Positions 13,740 through 23,072 are shown, numbered from the stretch's first letter. The stretch is 32,000 bases of DNA from Fibrobacter succinogenes subsp. succinogenes S85 (GCF_000146505.1 NC_017448.1:840001-872000); one strand, 5' to 3'. Made by a program: numbers and translations. Notes: a model not told the origin generated them from the letters alone.

Positions 13740-16451
13740 TTATTCTTCGGTTTCCGTCGGGCCGATTTCCTGCTTTTCAGCATCGTCCTTGACAACGGAA
13801 TCGTCATCGACTTCAACGCCCTTAACCTTGTCGAAAGTTTCCTTGGCATCGGCGCTATCTTGTTCGATATCTTCGACGCTCGGGAGTGCAGTTGCATCCT
13901 TCACGACATCGCCATCGCGCAGCGTGATTGCCTTGACGCCCTGGGCATTGCGGCCCGTGAGGCGGATATCGGCAGCCTTGATGCGGATGACCTGACCGTC
14001 CTTACTTGTGATGATCAAATCGTAATCGTCAGCAACGCTTTCAACGAACACGGCGGCACCGATCTTGTCTGTAACGTTCAAGTTGCGGACACCCTTGCTA
14101 CCACGGCGGGTCACACGGTAAGAACCCGGTTCAGAACGCTTGCCATAACCCTTTTCGGTGATGGTCAAGATCTTGTTGCCGGCCTTGAGCCACAAGAGCG
14201 AAATGACTTCGTCGCCTTCGGCGAGCGTAATGCCCTTCACGCCGTGCGTGCCACGACCCATAGCGCGGAAGCAGCTAATCGGGAACGTGACGGCCTGACC
14301 GTTCTTGGTTGCAATCATCAAAAGATCCTTCGGAATCGGGCGGTTGGCGAAGTCTTCGGCATCGCCAGATTCAGATTCTTCGGCAATAGCGGCTTCGGCA
14401 GCCTGAGCTTCCGCGGCGTTTTCAACGGCTTCTGCGGAATCGTCATCAGAGGCGTTCTTGCTCGCTTCGTATTCTTCAGCAGACATGCCCACGAGCTGGA
14501 CCTTGACCAATTCATCGTCTTCATCGAGGCTAATGGCATTGACGCCAGCCTTGCGCGGACGGCTAAAGAGCGTGAGGTCCATCTTGTTGATGATCCCCTT
14601 CTTGGTTGCAAACACGAGGCAGAAGTATCCACCGAACTTGCGCACCGGCACAATCGCCTGCACCTTTTCGCCTTCCGTGAGAGCGACAAAGTTCACAATC
14701 GGGCGGCCCTTACCATTGCGGGCGCCTTCCGGCAAGCGGTAGACCTTCGTCCAGTAGACACGGCCCTTGTTCGTAAACACGAGCAAGTAGCTGTGCGTGC
14801 TAGCCGTGAAGATCTGCTCCACGTTATCTTCGTCCTTGAGGCCTGCACCGATGATGCCCTTGCCACCGCGGTTCTGAGCCTTGAACGTATCAATCGGGAG
14901 GCGACGGATGTAGCCTTCCTTACTGAGCGTGATGACCTGTTCTTCTTCGGCAATGAGGTCTTCGTCATCGCTATCATCAATAGCTTCGCCAATCGTCGTG
15001 CGGCGTTCATCGCCATACTTGTCAACGACAGCGTCGAGCTTCTGGAGCATGATGGCAACGCGGCGTTCGCGCTTTTCCAAGATGTCCTTCAAGTCAGCAA
15101 CAGTTGCAATGAGTTCGTTGTATTCGGCTTCCAACTTTTCGATATTCAAGCCGACCAACTGGGCAAGGCGCATGTCAACGATGGCCTGAGACTGGATTTC
15201 GTCGAGCGAGAAGCGATCCTGCAAGCTCTGCTTTGCTATTTCGGTCGTCTTGCTCTGGCGAATAATCTTCACGACTTCGTCGATGTTCTGCGTTGCAATA
15301 CGCAAACCTTCAATGATGTGGAGGCGAGCTGCAGCCTTCTTCAAGTCGAACTGCGTTGCACGCGTAATCACATCGAGGCGGTGGTCAATGTAGACCTGCA
15401 AAAGATCCTTGAGCGTAAGGAGCTTCGGGAGGTTATTGACGAGTGCCAAGTTGTAAATGCTAAACGTCGTCTGGAGCTGCGTGTACTTGAACAAGTTATT
15501 CAAGACAACTTCACCAACAGCATCACGGCGGAGTTCAATCACAATGCGGATGTCACGGCTCGATTCATCGCGGATGTCCGTAATGCCATCGATGCGTTTG
15601 TCGCGGACGAGGTCTGCAATCTTCTTGCAGAGTTCGGCCTTGTTCACCATGTATGGAATTTCGGTGACGATGATGCGCGGTTTGCCCTTTGCATCCGTTT
15701 CAATTTCGGTACGGGCGCGCACACGCACACGGCCATGACCCGTGAGGTAAGCTTCGCGAATGCCAGAACGGCCACAGACGATAGCACCAGTCGGGAAGTC
15801 CGGGCCCTTCACATATTCCATGAGGTCTTCGCCAGTCAAGTCTGGATTTTCAGCCAAAGCATGGATAGCGGCACCGACTTCGCGCAAGTTGTGCGGAGCC
15901 ATATTCGTCGCCATACCTACTGCAATACCCGATGTTCCGTTCACAATCATGTTCGGGAGCGCAGACGGGAGCACCAGCGGTTCTTCGAGCGATTCATCGT
16001 AGTTCGGGCCCATGTCGACCGTCTCTTTTTCGAGATCTTCGAGCATAAGGGCGCCAAGGTTGTTCATCTTCGCTTCGGTATAACGCATGGCAGCCGGGCT
16101 GTCACCATCAATAGAACCGAAGTTACCCTGACCAAACACCAGCGGATAGCGCAACGAGAAATCCTGCGCCATACGGGCAAGAGTATCGTAAACAGCAACG
16201 TCACCATGCGGGTGGTACTTACCGATAACATCACCCACGATACGGGCGGACTTGACCGTTCCCTTATTCGGAACCACGCCCAACTTGTGCATACTGTACA
16301 TCACGCGGCGGTGCACGGGCTTAAAGCCATCGCGCGCATCCGGCAATGCACGAGCGACAATAACGCTCATCGAGTAGCGAAGATAGCAGTCCTGCATGTC
16401 TTGTTCGACAAGACTCTTGAACTGCGATCCAGGTACCATTTCTTCAGACAT
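13740..16451 (-). CDS. gyrA: DNA gyrase subunit A
   Basis: 903 aa. Contains RALPDARDGFKPVHRRV, GKYHPHGD, the active-site region AAMRYTE, C-terminal beta-pinwheel repeats and an acidic tail. Confidence 0.98.
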   Translation of the reverse strand: MSEEMVPGSQFKSLVEQDMQDCYLRYSMSVIVARALPDARDGFKPVHRRVMYSMHKLGVVPNKGTVKSARIVGDVIGKYHPHGDVAVYDTLARMAQDFSLRYPLVFGQGNFGSIDGDSPAAMRYTEAKMNNLGALMLEDLEKETVDMGPNYDESLEEPLVLPSALPNMIVNGTSGIAVGMATNMAPHNLREVGAAIHALAENPDLTGEDLMEYVKGPDFPTGAIVCGRSGIREAYLTGHGRVRVRARTEIETDAKGKPRIIVTEIPYMVNKAELCKKIADLVRDKRIDGITDIRDESSRDIRIVIELRRDAVGEVVLNNLFKYTQLQTTFSIYNLALVNNLPKLLTLKDLLQVYIDHRLDVITRATQFDLKKAAARLHIIEGLRIATQNIDEVVKIIRQSKTTEIAKQSLQDRFSLDEIQSQAIVDMRLAQLVGLNIEKLEAEYNELIATVADLKDILEKRERRVAIMLQKLDAVVDKYGDERRTTIGEAIDDSDDEDLIAEEEQVITLSKEGYIRRLPIDTFKAQNRGGKGIIGAGLKDEDNVEQIFTASTHSYLLVFTNKGRVYWTKVYRLPEGARNGKGRPIVNFVALTEGEKVQAIVPVRKFGGYFCLVFATKKGIINKMDLTLFSRPRKAGVNAISLDEDDELVKVQLVGMSAEEYEASKNASDDDSAEAVENAAEAQAAEAAIAEESESGDAEDFANRPIPKDLLMIATKNGQAVTFPISCFRAMGRGTHGVKGITLAEGDEVISLLWLKAGNKILTITEKGYGKRSEPGSYRVTRRGSKGVRNLNVTDKIGAAVFVESVADDYDLIITSKDGQVIRIKAADIRLTGRNAQGVKAITLRDGDVVKDATALPSVEDIEQDSADAKETFDKVKGVEVDDDSVVKDDAEKQEIGPTETEE

Positions 16452-16465
16452 TAGTTAACCTCAAA

Positions 16466-17287
16466 TTAGTGGGAAGTAAAATCATCACTTCCCAGCATTT
16501 CACTTATCACTTCCAAACTTTCTTCATCGGTCTGGTCTATGCGGTGCGGTGTGATTGTCGCATAGCCCTTATCTAGCAAGTTGTCGTCCGAACCCTCAGG
16601 AGCCATCGACCACAGCTTTTCGCCATCCAAAAACCACAAGCCATCCTTGTGATCGTAGTGGTCGGTAAACATACCACGGTCCATCGTGCAAGCCTTAAAT
16701 CCAAGGAATTCATCTTCCTTGATTTTCGGGAAATTCACATTCCAGAAGACGCCCTTGGAAATTTTCTTGAACAGGTTCTCAGAAACAATCTTGCGTGCAA
16801 AATCAATCGCCACCTGCAACAGGTTGCCTTTCAATCCACGGAGAGAAAGCGCCACCGCAGGCACGCCCCAAAGGGCCGCTTCGCGAGCTCCGGCAACCGT
16901 CCCCGAATATAGCGACGACACACCGGAATTTTCGCCCACATTAACTCCCGAAAAACATACATCAAAGCCTTCGGGAACAATCGTGTTATCATTAAGGCCG
17001 TAATTGGCAAAATGCCCCACGGCAAACTTCACGCAGTCCGCAGGAGTGCCCGAGACCGAATAAACCTCGTACGGCAACTTCGCTTTCCCCGGGACAGATT
17101 CAACATGCTGGACGCGCAACCCGCGACGAATCGTAAAGGCGTGACCGACACCACTCTGTTCGTCTTCAGGTGCAAAAACATAGACATCGGAAACCTCACT
17201 CAAAGCAAGAGCGAGAGCATGCAGATTAACACTACCAACGCCATCGTCGTTAGTGATCAATACCCTAGTTTTCCGTAATTGTTCCAT
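16466..17287 (-). CDS. surE: 5'/3'-nucleotidase SurE
   Basis: 273 aa. Contains VLITNDDGVGS, GTPADCV, SGVNVGEN and YSGTVAGAREA. Lies 14 bp upstream of gyrA on the same strand. Confidence 0.9.
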   Translation of the reverse strand: MEQLRKTRVLITNDDGVGSVNLHALALALSEVSDVYVFAPEDEQSGVGHAFTIRRGLRVQHVESVPGKAKLPYEVYSVSGTPADCVKFAVGHFANYGLNDNTIVPEGFDVCFSGVNVGENSGVSSLYSGTVAGAREAALWGVPAVALSLRGLKGNLLQVAIDFARKIVSENLFKKISKGVFWNVNFPKIKEDEFLGFKACTMDRGMFTDHYDHKDGLWFLDGEKLWSMAPEGSDDNLLDKGYATITPHRIDQTDEESLEVISEMLGSDDFTSH

Positions 17288-17398
17288 TTATATGCAATTT
17301 AGAAAAAAGGGGGATAAAATTGTTTTAAAAACCTTAAAAACACACGTAAAAAAGCCATTTTTTAGCCGTTTAAAGGGTAATTTTCTATCATTGAAAAC

Positions 17399-18151
17399 AT
17401 GTACACAGAACCTAAATTTTTAGCCATGAAAGAGCCCTCAAAATTCAAGAGGCTCGCTGAACTTTTACGAGTGATCATCCTGCAATTAGGCGACGACGTT
17501 CCCCGCGCCCGCAGAGAATTCGAAACCTACACAGAATGGCTCCACCTGCCCGAATCCGAGAGATTGACAGGCAAAAACCAAGCGCAAATGATTGACTTGT
17601 ACAAGACGTTCCGCACGCGCGCAGGGCTTGGTTTTGAACGTGACGTGTACCTAGAACAGGAGCCGGGCGACCGAGAAGTCGCAAACGAAAAGCCCATCCA
17701 ATTCGCCGTGCTCGTGCATAATTTGCGCAGCGCATTCAACGTGGGTTCCATCATCCGCAGCACCGACTGCTTTGGACTCGAAGGCGTACACCTCAGCGGC
17801 TACAGCTGCAGCCCCGACCACGTGACCGTCAAAAGCGCCGCCCGCGGCTGCCAGGAATGGATTCCCATCAAGCGCTGGGACAGCCCCTTCGATTGCATCA
17901 AGTGGCACAAGGAAAACGGCTACGAAATCATCGCCCTTGAAACCGGCGAAGACATCCCGAGCATCAACAACGTAAAATGGCCCGAGAAAGGGCTCATCGT
18001 CCTCGGCAACGAAGAACTCGGCATCGCCCCAGAAATCATGGCCGAAGCGACCATGAAAGTCACCATTCCGATGGCAGGTCGCAAAGCGAGCATGAACGTT
18101 GCCGGCGCATTCGCCATCATGGCATTCTGCCTCCGCAGTAACGCAAAGTAA
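17399..18151 (+). CDS. TrmH/SpoU-family RNA 2'-O-methyltransferase
   Basis: 250 aa. SpoU motifs NLRSAFNVGSIIRSTDCFG, IVLGNEELGI and IPMAGRKASMNVAGAFAI follow a ~90-aa N-terminal extension. Confidence 0.8.
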   Translation: MYTEPKFLAMKEPSKFKRLAELLRVIILQLGDDVPRARREFETYTEWLHLPESERLTGKNQAQMIDLYKTFRTRAGLGFERDVYLEQEPGDREVANEKPIQFAVLVHNLRSAFNVGSIIRSTDCFGLEGVHLSGYSCSPDHVTVKSAARGCQEWIPIKRWDSPFDCIKWHKENGYEIIALETGEDIPSINNVKWPEKGLIVLGNEELGIAPEIMAEATMKVTIPMAGRKASMNVAGAFAIMAFCLRSNAK

Positions 18152-18172
18152 CAGACAAGGAAAAAAACTTAT

Positions 18173-18216
18173 GGGTGGTTAAGGTTGGTGAGTCGGCCGA
18201 ACCACCCCTTTGTTTT
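18173..18216 (+). terminator. Candidate terminator of the TrmH-like gene
   Basis: GGGTGGTT-N19-AACCACCC followed by CTTTGTTTT. The loop is long. Confidence 0.5.
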
Positions 18217-18312
18217 ATATGTTACGCTTTTTGTTTTATATAATTCAAATTTTTAAAAAGACAAAGTCCAAAAACTTACATTTTTATTTATTTTAAAGAT
18301 TTTTGTTTTATA
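18209..18312 (+). promoter_or_regulatory. Three exact TTTGTTTTATA direct repeats upstream of the TIGR02147-family gene
   Basis: Copies at 18209..18219, 18230..18240 and 18302..18312 (spacings 21 and 72 bp). The last lies 40 bp before the ATG at 18352. AT-rich context lowers significance. Confidence 0.3.
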
Positions 18313-18351
18313 CCCATTGTCTTTTTCATTCATTTACTTTATCTTTGGGGC

Positions 18352-19242
18352 ATGTTCAAATCCGTAATCGAATACCAGGACTATCACCAGTATATCCTGG
18401 ACTACTACACCGAACGGAAGCGTTGTTCCGCTTTCACGTGGAGAGAATTTGCAAAGATTGCCGGATTTGCATCGGGTTCTTATCTCAAACTCGTGAGCGA
18501 CCACAAAACACGCCTTGTCCAAGAAGGCGCCCGAAAAACAGCAATCGCCATGGGATTACTCGGCTATGAATACGACTACTTTATGCTGCTCGTGCAATAT
18601 GAAAACGCCAAAAACGACCAGCAGAAAAAGAAATGCTTCGAAGCCATGCAAGAAATCACATCGGCGCACAAAATCAAGTTGCTCGGCAGCGAATCGTACG
18701 CTTATTACGAATCTTGGCTCCATTCCGTAGTCCGCGAACTCGCTCCCAACATGCCTGGAGCAAAGCCGCTCGAAATTGCAAAAGCCATCCGCATCCCAGT
18801 CACTGCCGCCGAAATCAACGACAGCTTAAACTTTCTTTTAAAGAATAAATTTTTGACCGTTGACGAAAACGGCAACTACCATCAAAGTGACAAATTGCTC
18901 ACGACAGGCCGTCTCAACTTCGTCTCCATTCCAGTGCATTCGCTCATACGGCAGATGGGCGAATTCGCCTTGCAAGCATTCGACGACCTCCCCATCTCCG
19001 AAAGGTTCTTCAGCGGCCTCACGATGGGCGTCACCGAAAAGAGCTATAAAAAGGTTATCGAAGAGCTTAAAGAATGCCGCCGGAAAATTTTTACAGCAGT
19101 CTCCGCCGAAGACGAAACCGAAAAAGTTTGCAGGTTGAACATCCAACTGTTCCCATTAACAAAGAACATCAAGAAACGCGCCAGCGAAAATCCCAAGCAA
19201 GCCGACGAAAACGCCGAAACAACTAAGGGCACCGAGGTTTGA
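18352..19242 (+). CDS. TIGR02147-family protein (Fibrobacter paralog family; probable HTH DNA-binding N-terminus)
   Basis: 296 aa. The N-terminus YQDYHQYILDYYTERKR...FTWREFAKIAGFASGSYLKLV looks like a helix-turn-helix. Overall it resembles what I recall of TIGR02147/DUF4423. The stop lies 2 nt before the next ATG. Confidence 0.6.
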   Translation: MFKSVIEYQDYHQYILDYYTERKRCSAFTWREFAKIAGFASGSYLKLVSDHKTRLVQEGARKTAIAMGLLGYEYDYFMLLVQYENAKNDQQKKKCFEAMQEITSAHKIKLLGSESYAYYESWLHSVVRELAPNMPGAKPLEIAKAIRIPVTAAEINDSLNFLLKNKFLTVDENGNYHQSDKLLTTGRLNFVSIPVHSLIRQMGEFALQAFDDLPISERFFSGLTMGVTEKSYKKVIEELKECRRKIFTAVSAEDETEKVCRLNIQLFPLTKNIKKRASENPKQADENAETTKGTEV

Positions 19243-19244
19243 TC

Positions 19245-20909
19245 ATGAAGTATTTTTCCTTAAAATTTTTAAGCAGTTTGACTCTTATCGCAAGTATTTG
19301 TGCTTGCGTTGATCGCAATGTTGCAGGCGGCATCAGCGAAGAAACCGAAGGCGTTGTCGCCATCACAGACAAGACTATCGCTGGCGTTTCGCAGAAAGGG
19401 CCGTTCGCCAAAGGCTCCAATGTCTACCTCAAAGAAACGAAGGATGACGGAAGCCTGACCCCCACGGGCAAGGAATTCTACGCCACCATTCGAAACAACA
19501 AAGGCCAATTCAAGATTGAAAATATCAATCTCGAAAGCCAATACGCGCTATTGACCGTCGAAGGCTACTATACCAGAGAATCCACGAATATGTTCTCGAG
19601 TTGCGCCATTTCGCTGAACGCAGCCACCGACTTAAGCAAGCGCAATTCCACGAACATCAACCTGCTCACGCATTTTGAATACCAGCGCATTTTGAATCTC
19701 GTTGAATCCGGAGCAACATTCGCCAAAGCAAAAGCCCAAGCTGAAAAAGAAATTTTCGCCGCATTCGGCTACGAAAAACCAGATCGAACCGCCGAAGACT
19801 TGGACATTACAGGAGAAAGCGAAGAAGACCGAATTCTACATGAAATCAGCGTAATGGTCGATAATGGTTTGGATAACAGTTACACCCCCTCCTGCGAAAA
19901 AAGCAAAGCACTTATTGACACCATTGCTAACGATTTTGCCACAGACGGGATCTTTAGCGATAGCTTAACTGCCGCAATTCTAGAATTCTCTTATCAAAAA
20001 AATACTAGTAACACCCTCCGCATTTTAAAACAGTACGCAGGACTTGGAGCATGCTCCCCCGTAGAAGCCGGTAATACATATAAAATGCAAAGAACCGTTT
20101 TCGTAGGAGGATTCGGCTATGATTATGCAATTTGTACAGGAACAAGCTGGAGTCTTCTTGATAGCGATGAATACAACAATGCTACTGCAGCAATCCAACA
20201 CAAAACAGGAATCATGACCGATCCGCGAGACGGCAAAACCTATAAAACAACAAGTTTCACAACTAACGGAAAAAATTACGAATGGATGGCCGAAAACCTC
20301 CAGTACGCAGAAGGCAAATACACTTGGACCGAAGCGATGGCCATAGATGACAGTCTTGTCAACAAGCCTAACTCATCATCTATTTTAAAAGACGATTCCG
20401 TTCATCAGGGAATCTGTCCTGAAAATTGGCATATCCCCGGATTTTGGGAATGGAAGGATCTTCTTAAATATGTCGGCTCGCCAAATAAGCTTTACAGCAA
20501 AAATTGGAACAAAATCTATTTCACGGGATTTCAGCTTGAAGACAATATGGACTTTAATGCCGAACCCACATTTTTTGAACCCTATATTGATTGCGACGGT
20601 TGCAACAGCCCATACGCCAACTTCATCACATACACACTAGAGCCTATTACATTAGATCGAGCTACAACAATATATCAACATTACATTACCGATTACTACT
20701 ACACTTATATTCCTACGAAAGTTAATGATTACGCTGAATACGCAGATCAAATTGTTAAAGCAATATCTAAAGGAACATTAAATATCGTTTCTGCTTTATT
20801 TGCATCAGATTATGATGCTAGCGACCCATACATTCCATACCCCTATTTTACGATTATTGTATCTACAAAAACAAACTTTGAAGTCAACGTTCGATGCGTT
20901 AAAAATTAA
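19245..20909 (+). CDS. Lipoprotein with C-terminal FISUMP (Fibrobacter succinogenes major paralogous, TIGR02145) domain
   Basis: The ORF track starts at the TTG at 19239; the ATG at 19245 gives MKYFSLKFLSSLTLIASICAC. The C-terminal domain has DPRDGKTYKTT...WMAENL...CPENWHIP...EWKDL...VRCVKN, the FISUMP signature. Confidence 0.78.
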   Translation: MKYFSLKFLSSLTLIASICACVDRNVAGGISEETEGVVAITDKTIAGVSQKGPFAKGSNVYLKETKDDGSLTPTGKEFYATIRNNKGQFKIENINLESQYALLTVEGYYTRESTNMFSSCAISLNAATDLSKRNSTNINLLTHFEYQRILNLVESGATFAKAKAQAEKEIFAAFGYEKPDRTAEDLDITGESEEDRILHEISVMVDNGLDNSYTPSCEKSKALIDTIANDFATDGIFSDSLTAAILEFSYQKNTSNTLRILKQYAGLGACSPVEAGNTYKMQRTVFVGGFGYDYAICTGTSWSLLDSDEYNNATAAIQHKTGIMTDPRDGKTYKTTSFTTNGKNYEWMAENLQYAEGKYTWTEAMAIDDSLVNKPNSSSILKDDSVHQGICPENWHIPGFWEWKDLLKYVGSPNKLYSKNWNKIYFTGFQLEDNMDFNAEPTFFEPYIDCDGCNSPYANFITYTLEPITLDRATTIYQHYITDYYYTYIPTKVNDYAEYADQIVKAISKGTLNIVSALFASDYDASDPYIPYPYFTIIVSTKTNFEVNVRCVKN

Positions 20910-20918
20910 GGAGGATAT

Positions 20919-22979
20919 ATGTTTATCAAACCATTAAATAGATCCCTTTGGGCATGTTCATCACTCGCCGCAAGCCTGTTGATGTCAGCATGCTCTAGCG
21001 AAAATTCTGTTTCAATCGTACCCAGCTCGACAGGATCCAACCTAGAGACTCCACCGCAACCAGGCGATAATACAGAACCTGGCTATGACGAAGTTGTTTT
21101 ATCAGGAACAATTTCAGGCGTTTCACAAAAAGGGCCTTTCATCAATGGTTCAACAGTCAAGCTCTACGAACTTGACGAAAAGATGCATCAAACAGGAGTC
21201 CATTACTCGACAACCATAGACAACAACAAAGGCAAGTATCACATTGATAGCGTCGTCATCACCAAACCTTACGCTTGGATGGTCGCTAACGGTTTTTTCT
21301 TAAATGAATTCACAGGAAAAAAATCCTCCAAAGAAATCACGTTGAATGGGCTTGTCAAAGTCGAAAAAGGCAAGGACATCAACATAAACGTTTTGAGCCA
21401 TTTGGCATTCAATCGTATCAACTACTTGGTACAGCAAGGTTCGAGCATTGAAGATGCACAAAAGCAAGCCGAAGCCGAAGTTCTAAAAGCATTTGATTTC
21501 GATGCCGAAGAAACATCATTTAAAAACATGGACATCTTTGCAAATGGCGAAGGCGATGCCAAGCTACTTGCCGTTTCGCTCTTATTACTCAACAGAAAAC
21601 CAGAAAATGAATATGATGATGAAAATGATGTTGCACAAGCAATTGACTTGATGGCACAAATTTCATACGATCTCGAAACGGATGGTAAATGGGATGACAC
21701 CAATTTAAAGCAAGAAATAAAGGAAGATTTAGTTTATTTCACTTACAGATATGATAGCAACGGAGACAATATAATCTCCAAAGCACGAAGACAAATGCAA
21801 TCAATGACAACAAAGTCCATCCCAAATTTCGAAAAGTACATCAAAAAATTTCTTTCACCAGACACCATATGGGGTTCATGCACAAACGAAAACGAAATAC
21901 AGAGAAATCGCTACAGCGATCGTTACATCTGCCAAAATTCAAAATGGACTTCTTACAACCCTTTGATTGAAGAAGAATGCAATGCAGAAAACGAAGGAAA
22001 AGTAAAATCTGTATGGGTCAGTTCATCAGGCAATCCTAGATTCCGTTATATTGGACACACGGAATATTATAGGTGCGAAAAAGGCTCTTGGGAATCAAGA
22101 GGTATATGGGTGACTTGCGATACGGCAGGAGTTGCTATTGGTGACACATGCTCTAAGGATCAATGCCTTGCTGGAATAGGGTGTACAATAAGTTCATACG
22201 CATATGAAGGAAATGGAAATTGGAAATTATTGGGATCGACTCCAGCACTCTATAATGTTACTCCGGGATGCCAAAAGGAGAAAACCTTTGTCGGTGATAC
22301 ATGTTCCGTTATGCAATCTGAAGGCATGGAATACTATGTGCTCAATAAAGATAGTACTTGGGAAAAATGCAATATTGATCCGAATTTAGGAGCATGCCCG
22401 CTTGAAGCAAACCATTACTATTCTCAGTTATTCAATGATTATAATGGTAAATATTACTATTGTCATGGCGGTGAATGGACAGAAGTAAAGCTTGTTCCGC
22501 ATCAATATACAGATCCTCGCAAGAAAGGCTTGACAGACGAAGAGTATGATATCTTAGATTTGCCTAAGGATGCCTCCGTTGGAGACCGTGCAAGTGGTTT
22601 ATTGGAAATTTGTTATAATCATCCAGATATAGCAGAATACTTCTATGATAGCCTTTTCTGTATGCCTCGTTATTATTACCGTTATCGCGAGAATGGAACT
22701 TGGACTCTTGAAACGGAGGAAGACCGAAGCGCAGATAATCGGTTTAATCTTCCTGAATGCACTATTGACAAAGAGGGCATGGTTCAGAAAAAACTTCCAG
22801 AGCCTGCTGATGAAGCTGGCGTGTATGTAGAGCCTGGTGTAGTTGTCAAGTGTGTTATCGAAAAGATGTGTAATGGAGGATATCAGCTAACAAAAGATGA
22901 GCCTTGTCCTCAAGGAGACAAGGGTAGAATTTTCCCAGCATATAGGCACGTTGAATACATTTTTGGAAGAACAGAATAA
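20919..22979 (+). CDS. Large lipoprotein: N-terminal module shared with 19245..20909 plus Cys/aromatic repeat region
   Basis: 686 aa. A strong AAGGAGG lies 5 nt upstream of the ATG, and the lipobox is LLMSAC. The N-terminal ~230 aa are homologous to the preceding protein (GVSQKGPF..GS.V, NNKG, ININ.L.H, QAE.E). The C-terminal half has six YY.C..G.W-type repeats. Confidence 0.75.
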   Translation: MFIKPLNRSLWACSSLAASLLMSACSSENSVSIVPSSTGSNLETPPQPGDNTEPGYDEVVLSGTISGVSQKGPFINGSTVKLYELDEKMHQTGVHYSTTIDNNKGKYHIDSVVITKPYAWMVANGFFLNEFTGKKSSKEITLNGLVKVEKGKDININVLSHLAFNRINYLVQQGSSIEDAQKQAEAEVLKAFDFDAEETSFKNMDIFANGEGDAKLLAVSLLLLNRKPENEYDDENDVAQAIDLMAQISYDLETDGKWDDTNLKQEIKEDLVYFTYRYDSNGDNIISKARRQMQSMTTKSIPNFEKYIKKFLSPDTIWGSCTNENEIQRNRYSDRYICQNSKWTSYNPLIEEECNAENEGKVKSVWVSSSGNPRFRYIGHTEYYRCEKGSWESRGIWVTCDTAGVAIGDTCSKDQCLAGIGCTISSYAYEGNGNWKLLGSTPALYNVTPGCQKEKTFVGDTCSVMQSEGMEYYVLNKDSTWEKCNIDPNLGACPLEANHYYSQLFNDYNGKYYYCHGGEWTEVKLVPHQYTDPRKKGLTDEEYDILDLPKDASVGDRASGLLEICYNHPDIAEYFYDSLFCMPRYYYRYRENGTWTLETEEDRSADNRFNLPECTIDKEGMVQKKLPEPADEAGVYVEPGVVVKCVIEKMCNGGYQLTKDEPCPQGDKGRIFPAYRHVEYIFGRTE

Positions 22980-22998
22980 TTATTCTTGCCATAAAGCA

Positions 22999-23028
22999 AA
23001 AAACCGCAGCTTCAAGCTGCGGCTTTTA
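22999..23028. terminator. Bidirectional terminator between convergent genes 20919..22979 and 23073..24278
   Basis: AAAAAA-CCGCAGCTT-C-AAGCTGCGG-CTTTT, with A-run and T-run on either side. Confidence 0.85.
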
Positions 23029-23030
23029 TT

Positions 23031-23055
23031 CTAGAAACTCTAAACTAGTAACTAG
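23031..23055 (+). repeat. CTAGTAAC-type word repeat, intergenic copy
   Basis: CTAGAAACTCTAAACTAGTAACTAG matches 25248..25272 (CTAGTAACTCAAAACTAGTAACTAG) at 23 of 25 positions. Confidence 0.8.
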
Positions 23056-23072
23056 CCCGAAGGGCGAAGTAA

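Noticed and set aside
13860-16454. 864-aa ORF on the plus strand, the longest 'extra' ORF in the window
   Set aside because: It is exactly codon-aligned antisense to gyrA, whose identity is unambiguous. Its product is low-complexity (R/V/H/D/A-rich) with no recognisable motif. The open frame is explained by gyrA not using TTA, CTA or TCA codons.
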